DNA of 64,000 nucleotides, from positions 1-64,000 of IMG/VR virus record IMGVR_UViG_3300022689_000178. One strand, written 5' to 3'. The notes under the pieces are model-generated. The model saw only the letters and a list, made by a program, of their open reading frames with translations, made no database searches and was not told where the DNA came from. This stretch comes from a virus. The translations under genes and the position numbers were made by a program. Positions 49,878-58,182 of the stretch are shown piece by piece (within the stretch, counting starts at the first letter, position 1; each line of letters opens with the position of its first letter).

Positions 49878-49920
49878 CAAAGATATTAATAGTAATATTA
49901 AATATAAATGACAATTATCA
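49878..49920 (-). promoter_or_regulatory. Crp/Fnr-type box plus -7 element
   Basis: Minus-strand TGATAATTGTCA (49920-49909), 23-nt spacer, TATCTTTG (49885-49878). Confidence 0.75.
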
Positions 49921-49933
49921 TAAACTTAAAATT

Positions 49934-50818
49934 ATGGTTATACAAGAAATAAATTTAGGAGATTATATATATGATATTGGTTTAAATGCGCAAGAAATTG
50001 AAGAAATTACTAAATTAACAGTACAACAAATAACCAATAAAATAAAAAAGAATATTGTAGAAAAAGCCAGCAATGAATTATTTAGAACTAAATCCAATTA
50101 CATAAAAAATGTAAACACTCAATTTTCAAATGATGGATTAAAGGGATATATTTTTCTTGCAAATAAAAAAGCATTAATGATTGAAGAAGGATTATCTCCT
50201 TTTGATATGAAAACCGGTTTTGCTAATTCTGAAAAAGCAAAAAGGACTGAAACAAATAAAGAAAAATTGCAAAAAAAAGGTAAACAAAAATGGATGGAAA
50301 AAGGATGGCATCTAACCATTCCATTTAGATTAGGTGTACCGGAATCAATTGGTGAAGAATTTTCCGGTAATTTGAATGATAGTATATACAATATTGCTTT
50401 ACGTGATTTGGAAAAAAAAGTATCACAACGGGCAGAAAATACGAAAACCGGAGAATCATTTATAAAAAATAAATATAGTGGAATAGGTATAAATCAATTA
50501 GCGAACTTAAATAAAGGATATGAAATTCCTTCAATAAATAGGAGGGACAAATGGACATCACCTGCTCCTCCTATATATACACATAAATCCGCAATGTTTG
50601 AGGGTGTAACTAAAATAGAAGAGGTTTATAAAAAAACAGTACAAAGTACATATTTAAAATTTAGACGTGTAAGTAGTAATTCCGATCCGAATTCATGGAT
50701 GCATCCTGGCATAAAAGCTCATAAATATTTTGATAAAGTAATGCAAGAAATAGATTTTGACCAAGAAACATCAAATTACATAGATAAAGTATTGTTACAA
50801 TTAGGATTTATTGAATAA
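49934..50818 (+). CDS. neck/tail-completion protein
   Basis: IEEG.SPFDMK, LTIPFR, FRRVS.NSDP.SWMHPG. Confidence 0.75.
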   Translation: MVIQEINLGDYIYDIGLNAQEIEEITKLTVQQITNKIKKNIVEKASNELFRTKSNYIKNVNTQFSNDGLKGYIFLANKKALMIEEGLSPFDMKTGFANSEKAKRTETNKEKLQKKGKQKWMEKGWHLTIPFRLGVPESIGEEFSGNLNDSIYNIALRDLEKKVSQRAENTKTGESFIKNKYSGIGINQLANLNKGYEIPSINRRDKWTSPAPPIYTHKSAMFEGVTKIEEVYKKTVQSTYLKFRRVSSNSDPNSWMHPGIKAHKYFDKVMQEIDFDQETSNYIDKVLLQLGFIE

Positions 50819-51518
50819 TATTTTTATCCTTAAAATGTTCTAATGTCCATGTGTCAAAATCAAAATTGATATAATCATTTTCTTGTAAATATGTTTCAAT
50901 TATTTGAGCAATTTGTTTCCGATTCCCATCTTTAGTTTTATTAAATCTGCCTTTTATATAATAATAATAAGCAATTTTATATATTTGACATTCCTTATCA
51001 TTATATTTATTACTATTAGTTACTTTTTGTAATTCATTATACTTTTCAGTTAATTCTATTAATTGATTATTCTTTACTTTAATCAAACTATTTAATTTAT
51101 CAATTTCATATTTACTACTATTATTTACTTTTTTTGTTTTTTGTCTAACAAAACCAACACCTAAAGTAACTAATATAGTAAAAAATGAGTACAATATAGA
51201 TACATATTCAATTCGTTTAGTTTCTTCTATTAATGTATTGTACCATAAAAAAATTACTAATCCATCAAATATGGCAAAACAAAATTTCAATAAAAAGTCA
51301 TTACTTCTTTTTTCAAATATTTTATTTTGTGCGATTACATAAATTGTTGCTGCCGAATAACAAAAAGCAAATATAGCATTTGCAATATTTTCTATTAAAT
51401 CGTTGACCGTTTCAAAATTTGCAGCCCAAAATATTAATCGTGTATTACTGATTAATAAATGAAACAATAAGGAAATTAAAATGATAATTGAAAAGTGTTT
51501 TGTCATAAAATTTTTCAT
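50808..51518 (-). CDS. multi-pass membrane protein with coiled coil (moron-like)
   Basis: Four TM segments followed by a coiled coil. Confidence 0.7.
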   Translation of the reverse strand: MKNFMTKHFSIIILISLLFHLLISNTRLIFWAANFETVNDLIENIANAIFAFCYSAATIYVIAQNKIFEKRSNDFLLKFCFAIFDGLVIFLWYNTLIEETKRIEYVSILYSFFTILVTLGVGFVRQKTKKVNNSSKYEIDKLNSLIKVKNNQLIELTEKYNELQKVTNSNKYNDKECQIYKIAYYYYIKGRFNKTKDGNRKQIAQIIETYLQENDYINFDFDTWTLEHFKDKNIIQ

Positions 51519-51567
51519 AATAATAGTATTTGAAAAGTTATTAATTATATTTAAAAAACAACATTTG

Positions 51568-51610
51568 CAATAATAAAGTAATTTAAAACTAATCTTTATG
51601 ACAAAAATCA
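51568..51610 (-). promoter_or_regulatory. variant Crp/Fnr-type box plus -7-like element
   Basis: TGACAAAAATCA 51599-51610, 23-nt spacer, minus-strand TATTATTG at 51568-51575. Confidence 0.6.
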
Positions 51611-51645
51611 GTAATATTGAAATAAATAATAAATTTTAAAAAAAT

Positions 51646-52632
51646 ATGATAGTATTACCGGAAATTGCAATAAAGAAAAATTTAGATATATTATTAAAAA
51701 AGTATTATACTGAATATAAAGATACTAATCAAGCTAATCAAATAGGTACAATATCATTGAAAAATGGATATGATTGGAGCGCAAATAATGAGGCAATTAA
51801 TATTAATGGTACAGATATTATATTCAATCAAAATAATGGTTCTATAACAGATGTAATTACACATTTCAATACTCAATTATCATTAGCAGGTATAAATAAT
51901 ATTTATGTATATGATGCGGGTGTTGGTCGTGTTGGATTACAAACTAATGTAAAAACAGAAAGTGTTCAATCATATACTCTATCCGATCCAATATCTGGAA
52001 ATTCTGCTATTAGCACATTTGGTTTTAGAGTAGGAACATTTACCGGAACATTGGACAAATATTATAGTAGATTGTATTTATTATTTGCAGGGTTAGAATA
52101 TGATAATTATATATGGTTAGATGAAATTGTCAAAATTTTAAAAGATACATATACAACTAAAAAACGACCAATAAAAATTTATCAAAACTATAATCGTATA
52201 CCTAAAGAATCGCCACCATTAATTATTATTACTTTTTCAGGCGAACAGCAAGATCAAAGGAATATTGGTATATCCGCTCGTGCTATACATTCACAAGATA
52301 AATCAATAAGTGAATGCTATTTTGAACATTACAAGGCAAATTTCTCATTACATATAATATCCGATAATAACAATGAATGTGCTTTATTATATAATTTTTT
52401 AAAATGTGTTATTAGGTCTAATCTTGCACAATTTAGAAGGGATGGATTACATGAATTTGAAATTAGCGGTGGAAATACAAATGTAGAAACCCAAATGCCA
52501 AATTTATTTGATTGGATAATAAATTTATCATTCAGTTATGATTATAATATTCCATTTGGTTTTGAAAGAAATATATCACCGGAAACATTTGAACAAAATT
52601 TTGACAAAATCAATGGACAGGTGATTATATAG
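51646..52632 (+). CDS. tail terminator / completion protein
   Basis: Position before the sheath gene; contains an inserted beta-rich domain. Confidence 0.6.
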   Translation: MIVLPEIAIKKNLDILLKKYYTEYKDTNQANQIGTISLKNGYDWSANNEAININGTDIIFNQNNGSITDVITHFNTQLSLAGINNIYVYDAGVGRVGLQTNVKTESVQSYTLSDPISGNSAISTFGFRVGTFTGTLDKYYSRLYLLFAGLEYDNYIWLDEIVKILKDTYTTKKRPIKIYQNYNRIPKESPPLIIITFSGEQQDQRNIGISARAIHSQDKSISECYFEHYKANFSLHIISDNNNECALLYNFLKCVIRSNLAQFRRDGLHEFEISGGNTNVETQMPNLFDWIINLSFSYDYNIPFGFERNISPETFEQNFDKINGQVII

Positions 52633-52670
52633 TTTTAAATAAACAGTAATATTTTAATAAAATTTTTGTT

Positions 52671-52841
52671 ATGGCTAATACTCCAAACAAGTCTAAAAAG
52701 ACAGAACGTAAATTTACTCATATTGATTATATTGATACATTAAATATACCGATTGAAAAAAGAAATATGTTTAAACGACAATATAATTATTTATCAAAAG
52801 AAGTTAAAACTTTAACTGAATGGTCTAAAATCATAAAATAA
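52671..52841 (+). CDS. 56-aa protein preceding the sheath (not in the ORF track)
   Basis: MANTPNKSKKTERKF...TLTEWSKIIK, after a late-promoter motif. Confidence 0.65.
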   Translation: MANTPNKSKKTERKFTHIDYIDTLNIPIEKRNMFKRQYNYLSKEVKTLTEWSKIIK

Positions 52842-52848
52842 TTGAATC

Positions 52849-54498
52849 ATGCCACAAATAGTAAATTTTGACAATAAAACATTTATAGAACCGGTTGTAT
52901 ATTCCAGAATTATTTCCGGTATTATTAATCCTCCAATTCCGCAAGAGTATGGAACAATTTTAATTATAGATACTGGTTTGGGGGCAAATTATGGAGGCGG
53001 CAAAGGTGTAAAAACAGGAGGTTCTGTTAATACTTTACAAGATTTTATTTACCAAATTAATAATGTGCAAGAAATATTGTCATTATTTAAAGGTGGAGCG
53101 CTTTATGACATATCTAAGAAATTTTACAATCCTGTACCAGGTGTGGCCGGTGCAAATAAAATTTTTGTTGCCCGTGCATCAGATACAACACAGGGCACTC
53201 TTACGTTAACCTTCACAGATACAAAACAAATAGTACAAAAAACAAGAGATGAGGGTATTATCGCAAATGGAGATATTACTACTATAACAGCGAAATTGTT
53301 AAAAGGATATGCCTGTAAACTTGTGGCTGGTACAATTGATCCTACTAAATTTAAAATCCAATATTGGATTGGCACATATAAAGGCAAAGATACAAACGGA
53401 TATTATTACAGTAAAGAAGATGAAAATACTGCTGCCGATAGCCCTCAATTATTAATAGAAAGTGATGAATTTACAGATTTTCAAGATTTTATTGATTGGG
53501 CAGTAAACAATGAAACATATAACGAATGGTTTGAACTTGATACATTAAATACAGATACGGATGGGGTTGTGGCAACCGCCGATTTAACTTTATTAGCTGG
53601 ATTTAATGTATTTGCAGGAGGGACGGAAACTTATGATGCAAGTGCTTTAACCGCTGTATTAAATGCTATTGAAGAACTGGAATATACTTTCATTTTTTCT
53701 ACTGAAATTGGAGCTACTACAAATAATATTACAATTTTAAATCATATCCTTAATGATACCAAAAACTACAAGAAATTTTTGTATGTTGGAGGTTTTGCGA
53801 CTAAAGATGAACGGGGTAATGCAAGTTCTACTGGCAATACTACAAGTATTGGAGCAGCAAAATTATTTGATTCTGAATATGCAAGCGTTGTTCATGGAGC
53901 TATTTATGAACCAGATTACAGAAATCAATCTGCTTTTCCTACGATTAAAGTACAAAAGAATGCAATGTATAAAACCGCAATGTTGGTAGGGAGAAAGGCC
54001 GGAGCAAATCCAAATACAACAATGACTTATAAAACGTTAGGTATTTTAATGGAAGTTGATCCATTAGAAAAACAAACAGATAGGGAATTGTTGTTATTAT
54101 ATGGTGTATTACATACAAGACAAATATCGGAAGGTAATGTTGTTAACATGGACATTAACACATTACAAGGTAATAAAAACAAATACTTGTTTAATCCTAA
54201 TGGTAGTTCTTATCAAAATTCAGTAATGCAAATTGAAGAACAAGTTAATAAAACATTAGTATTCAATTTGACTCCTAAAATTATTGGTCAATCCCGATCT
54301 TCTTTATCAAAAGCAGAAATTATTGAGGCTGTAAATTTAGAACTTACAGCATTATCTAATATTAATTTGATTATTGCTTTTGGTAATATAACAGCGGAAC
54401 GAAATGGCACAAAATGGTTTATTAATTATGAATTAGAAGTAGATACACCGTATGATGGTGCATTCATTACTGGCGTTGTATTAGATACTGGAAACTAA
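52849..54498 (+). CDS. tail sheath protein
   Basis: IEPVVYSRI N-terminus, FAGGT, MTYK.L, LL.YGV; 549 aa directly before the tube gene. Confidence 0.88.
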   Translation: MPQIVNFDNKTFIEPVVYSRIISGIINPPIPQEYGTILIIDTGLGANYGGGKGVKTGGSVNTLQDFIYQINNVQEILSLFKGGALYDISKKFYNPVPGVAGANKIFVARASDTTQGTLTLTFTDTKQIVQKTRDEGIIANGDITTITAKLLKGYACKLVAGTIDPTKFKIQYWIGTYKGKDTNGYYYSKEDENTAADSPQLLIESDEFTDFQDFIDWAVNNETYNEWFELDTLNTDTDGVVATADLTLLAGFNVFAGGTETYDASALTAVLNAIEELEYTFIFSTEIGATTNNITILNHILNDTKNYKKFLYVGGFATKDERGNASSTGNTTSIGAAKLFDSEYASVVHGAIYEPDYRNQSAFPTIKVQKNAMYKTAMLVGRKAGANPNTTMTYKTLGILMEVDPLEKQTDRELLLLYGVLHTRQISEGNVVNMDINTLQGNKNKYLFNPNGSSYQNSVMQIEEQVNKTLVFNLTPKIIGQSRSSLSKAEIIEAVNLELTALSNINLIIAFGNITAERNGTKWFINYELEVDTPYDGAFITGVVLDTGN

Positions 54499-54512
54499 AA
54501 AACTTATAAAAA

Positions 54513-55019
54513 ATGACTGAAGTAGATGTTTTACATAGTGCGCTTTTAAAAATCAAAATTGACAATGAAGTTGTAGGCGCTGCAACTGGTCTTACCTTCA
54601 ATGAAGGTTTTAATATTATTGAAGCTAAAGGAATTGGTGATTTTTACCCTCAAGAATTAATTAAAACAGGTGGAACTATTCGGGTAACTGCAAATGTTTT
54701 TTATATTGAAGCATTGGAGAATCATCCATTTACCAAAAAATCTTTAAAAAGAGATACGGGTTTGGGTAGAGAAGGTGTGGAAAAATTTATAAATAATCAA
54801 TTATTTAATACAAAAAATGTTGCTATTGAAATTTACCGGAAAATTGGTGAAGAAATTGATGCCGATGGAAATGTTATTGCAGAAGAAGAATCACTTTTCA
54901 CAATTGACGGTTTGATTATGGAAAGTAATGATTGGTCAATAAATGTTGATCAAATGATTACTGGCAGTTGTACATTCAGGGGTAAAAATCCAATTGTTCG
55001 ACCAGTGGTGAAAGAGTAA
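54513..55019 (+). CDS. tail tube protein
   Basis: 168 aa after the sheath; VG.A.G....GIGDFYPQE. Confidence 0.85.
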   Translation: MTEVDVLHSALLKIKIDNEVVGAATGLTFNEGFNIIEAKGIGDFYPQELIKTGGTIRVTANVFYIEALENHPFTKKSLKRDTGLGREGVEKFINNQLFNTKNVAIEIYRKIGEEIDADGNVIAEEESLFTIDGLIMESNDWSINVDQMITGSCTFRGKNPIVRPVVKE

Positions 55020-55047
55020 TTTTTTCATATAATTATAATTTTTAGAT

Positions 55048-55080
55048 AAAAAGGAATATATTTGTATATTCCTTTTTTTT
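55048..55080 (+). terminator. intrinsic terminator
   Basis: AAAAAGGAATATA-TTTG-TATATTCCTTTTTTTT. Confidence 0.85.
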
Positions 55081-55114
55081 CATGTAGAATATTTACAAAT
55101 TAAAACATAATAAA

Positions 55115-55567
55115 ATGAATGAGAATGAAAAAATAAAAATCGTATTTGAAACGAATGGGGCAAAATGCGAATTTAATTTAACATTAGGAACAAAAATAAA
55201 AGATGTACGGAATATTGAATTAAATACAGTAAGAATTGCACCGGATTTACTTCAATATCCTACAACGAATGAAGGTAATTTTCTTTTTAGATTATTAAGA
55301 GGTTGCGTGGTATTTTATTCATTAACAAAAAATGAAAAATCACAAGAAAGTGAATTTAGTAGTTTTTTTTGGACTAACAAAGATGCAATGATTAAATGGC
55401 TTCAAGATGGCGATTTTGATATTACAGATACAATAGCGAATCAAATTGTCAAACAATATGATTCATATTCTATACATAGAAGTAAAATTATAGAAACTGA
55501 TGGATTGTATTTTTTTCGTAGACAGCCGGACAAATCAAAAACAAAGATTGATAAACCCGGCAAATAA
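55115..55567 (+). CDS. tail assembly chaperone
   Basis: Between tube and tape-measure genes. Confidence 0.65.
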   Translation: MNENEKIKIVFETNGAKCEFNLTLGTKIKDVRNIELNTVRIAPDLLQYPTTNEGNFLFRLLRGCVVFYSLTKNEKSQESEFSSFFWTNKDAMIKWLQDGDFDITDTIANQIVKQYDSYSIHRSKIIETDGLYFFRRQPDKSKTKIDKPGK

Positions 55568-55862
55568 AAAAGAATCAATTGCATATTTCAATAAAAAATT
55601 TGTAAGACAAATAAATCGGTTTGTTGAATATTGGAATAAATTGTATTATTTTGATTATTTTTATCGTAAAGAATTTAAAATACCAGCGTTTTGTAAAAAA
55701 CATTTAAAAACAGATATACGAAATATTTTGTTTTGGTATAAAGAAACATTGTATTATAAAGAGATTGAAAATAGAAATAATCCAAACTATATAACTGATG
55801 AGCAAAAAGAATCAGCGTTAAATGAAGCCAAAAGACTAATAGGAAACAAAAAAAAGGGATAA
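55500..55862 (+). CDS. second tail assembly chaperone (possible frameshift extension)
   Basis: Overlaps the upstream ORF across a T7 run; precedes the tape-measure gene. Confidence 0.6.
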   Translation: MDCIFFVDSRTNQKQRLINPANKKESIAYFNKKFVRQINRFVEYWNKLYYFDYFYRKEFKIPAFCKKHLKTDIRNILFWYKETLYYKEIENRNNPNYITDEQKESALNEAKRLIGNKKKG

Positions 55863-55875
55863 TATCCCTTTTTTT
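55849..55875 (+). terminator. hairpin terminator
   Basis: AAAAAGGGAT-AAT-ATCCCTTTTTTT. Confidence 0.65.
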
Positions 55876-55908
55876 GTTTTCAGTAATATTGATATAAAAT
55901 AAAACAAT

Positions 55909-58179
55909 ATGGCAGAAAAAAAAATAAATATTACCGGAGATTCGCAACAATACCAACAAGCAATAAAAGATGCTCAAAATGCACAAAAACAAGCATCGGA
56001 AAGTTACGTAAATGAAACTAATAAAAGAATACGTAAATTATCGGAGGAGCAAAAAATTTTAGATGATCAAAAAAAAAATTCACAAGATTTACAAAACACA
56101 CAACAAAATTTAATAGGCAAATTAGATAATGATACTACTAAAAGAATTGATAGTTTACAAAAAGAAAAACAATTAGTATCCGATATAACAAGAGAAAATC
56201 AAAAATTATCGGATTCTTTGCGTAAAAATATGTCTATTGAAGACAAAGATAGATCTAAAACAGCATCGGATAGAATCAAAGAAAGTAATTATAATGCACG
56301 TAAAAAGGTACAAGAAACTGAAACAAGTGAACAGCAAAAAGAGATACAAAAACAAACAAAAGAAGAAATACAGAATAAAGAAAAATTACAACAAATAGAA
56401 CAAAAAAAACAAAGACAAAGAAGAAGGGAACAGCGGAGCGGAGGAGGTGTTGGTCAGGTGGCCGAAACCGGATTAAATACTACTATTGCACGAATGGGGC
56501 AAGCCATACAAACAGGAAAACCGGCTGAGGCATTAATGGGTGCAATGGGGGGTATGACAGGTTCATTATTAAGTATGATACCGGGTGTTGGTGGTTTATT
56601 AGGTGGAATTACCAATACTATTACAAGTGTGGCAACATCCGCAATGGGAGCAGCATCCGAACGTTCAATGCAAAATTTATTAACAAAAAATTTAACTGGT
56701 GAATCATTAGAAGGAATATCCGGTTTAATGACTGCTACTGATGCAGCACCTTATATACGTAGTATATCAAAAGAGCGAGGACGTGCTGGTCAAGGTGAAA
56801 TACAAGAACAATTACTTTTAGAACGAAGGACAGGGCAAGATTTTGGAACATTCAGTCCATTAAATCGTTTTGAACAAATGTATGAGACGGAAGATATGAG
56901 TGCCGCAAGGTTAATGCAAAAGTTTTTAGAAAATGCCGCTAATAGTAAATTATGGAATATTGATAAAGGAGATTTTTCTGCTTTAGGTGATAAATTACAA
57001 ATACAAGCTCAATTAATGCAAAGAGAAGCGGAATTGTCTGAAAATATAACAGGTGATAGAGCAATGGCAATTCAGATGGCTTTTGGTGCAATAGGTGGAG
57101 GTTTTGCAGATAATAGGTCTCAAGAACGTATTAGGAATATTGACGAGGCAATAAGAAATCCTACAAATAAATATATGCAAAATGTTGTACGTAGTGCAAT
57201 AATGGCAGAAAATCCGGATGTTAGTTTATCTGAATTAAAAGATATACAAGCCGGAGGATTATTAAGTCCCCGTGTATTTGGTCGTGTATTACAAAATATT
57301 AGTACTTTGCCGGCCGAACAGCAACATTTATTTTTACAAACTATGATACCATCTTTTGTAGGTAACAGAGAGGCACGGGAATTATTATTAGAAAATAAAG
57401 ATTTATTTATGGGTGATTTTACACCGGAAGAAATCACAGAAAAAATTACTGCAAGGGTAGGAGGTGGAGAAAAAGAAAGAAAAAAAATTGAGGATATTGT
57501 AAGTAAAACAACATCTACTCCCGCCGATGATTATCGTAGAAAAATGGTAACATTATTAGAACGGATTGGATTTTACCTTAATGATAAAATTTATCCAATT
57601 TTAGAATCCGTTCTACGTGTTGTTACTGTAATTGGTGAAATGTCAGGAGAAGATTTTATTCATAAATTAATTGGCAAATCAAGTTTAGCCGGGTTTGGTT
57701 TTGAATCTGTTAGAGATTGGGTGGGTGATAGAGATTTTGGCGATGCTATGTATGAAGCAGTTTTTGGAGAAAGAGCACCAAGTTTTAAAGGAACACCCAC
57801 TAAAGAAGAAACTGAAAAAATGGCCGGAAGTATAACCGGAGGTAAAGTAAATATGGTATTAGACCCTGAAACAGGATCGTATATACCTGAACATTTAGTT
57901 AATGTATTAATACCTGAAGCAATGGGAATAAAAGACCCAGTAGGTCGTAAAAAAGAATTATCACAAACATTAAAAAAAGGTTTTGAAGGTTATTCTGAAT
58001 ATGAATCTATAAAACTTGAAAAAGAATTAACAACTATCAAAGATGTATATAAAGAAAATACAGAATTAACAAAATTAATTAGTAAATTACTTATAAAAAT
58101 TGATGGATATATGGAAAAACAAAAATTTGACGAGACTAAAGGAAAAACAGATATGGGTACACCAAATATATATAGATAA
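55909..58179 (+). CDS. tape measure protein
   Basis: 756 aa; coiled coil plus Gly/Ala-rich hydrophobic segment; canonical position. Confidence 0.8.
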   Translation: MAEKKINITGDSQQYQQAIKDAQNAQKQASESYVNETNKRIRKLSEEQKILDDQKKNSQDLQNTQQNLIGKLDNDTTKRIDSLQKEKQLVSDITRENQKLSDSLRKNMSIEDKDRSKTASDRIKESNYNARKKVQETETSEQQKEIQKQTKEEIQNKEKLQQIEQKKQRQRRREQRSGGGVGQVAETGLNTTIARMGQAIQTGKPAEALMGAMGGMTGSLLSMIPGVGGLLGGITNTITSVATSAMGAASERSMQNLLTKNLTGESLEGISGLMTATDAAPYIRSISKERGRAGQGEIQEQLLLERRTGQDFGTFSPLNRFEQMYETEDMSAARLMQKFLENAANSKLWNIDKGDFSALGDKLQIQAQLMQREAELSENITGDRAMAIQMAFGAIGGGFADNRSQERIRNIDEAIRNPTNKYMQNVVRSAIMAENPDVSLSELKDIQAGGLLSPRVFGRVLQNISTLPAEQQHLFLQTMIPSFVGNREARELLLENKDLFMGDFTPEEITEKITARVGGGEKERKKIEDIVSKTTSTPADDYRRKMVTLLERIGFYLNDKIYPILESVLRVVTVIGEMSGEDFIHKLIGKSSLAGFGFESVRDWVGDRDFGDAMYEAVFGERAPSFKGTPTKEETEKMAGSITGGKVNMVLDPETGSYIPEHLVNVLIPEAMGIKDPVGRKKELSQTLKKGFEGYSEYESIKLEKELTTIKDVYKENTELTKLISKLLIKIDGYMEKQKFDETKGKTDMGTPNIYR

Positions 58180-58182
58180 AAA

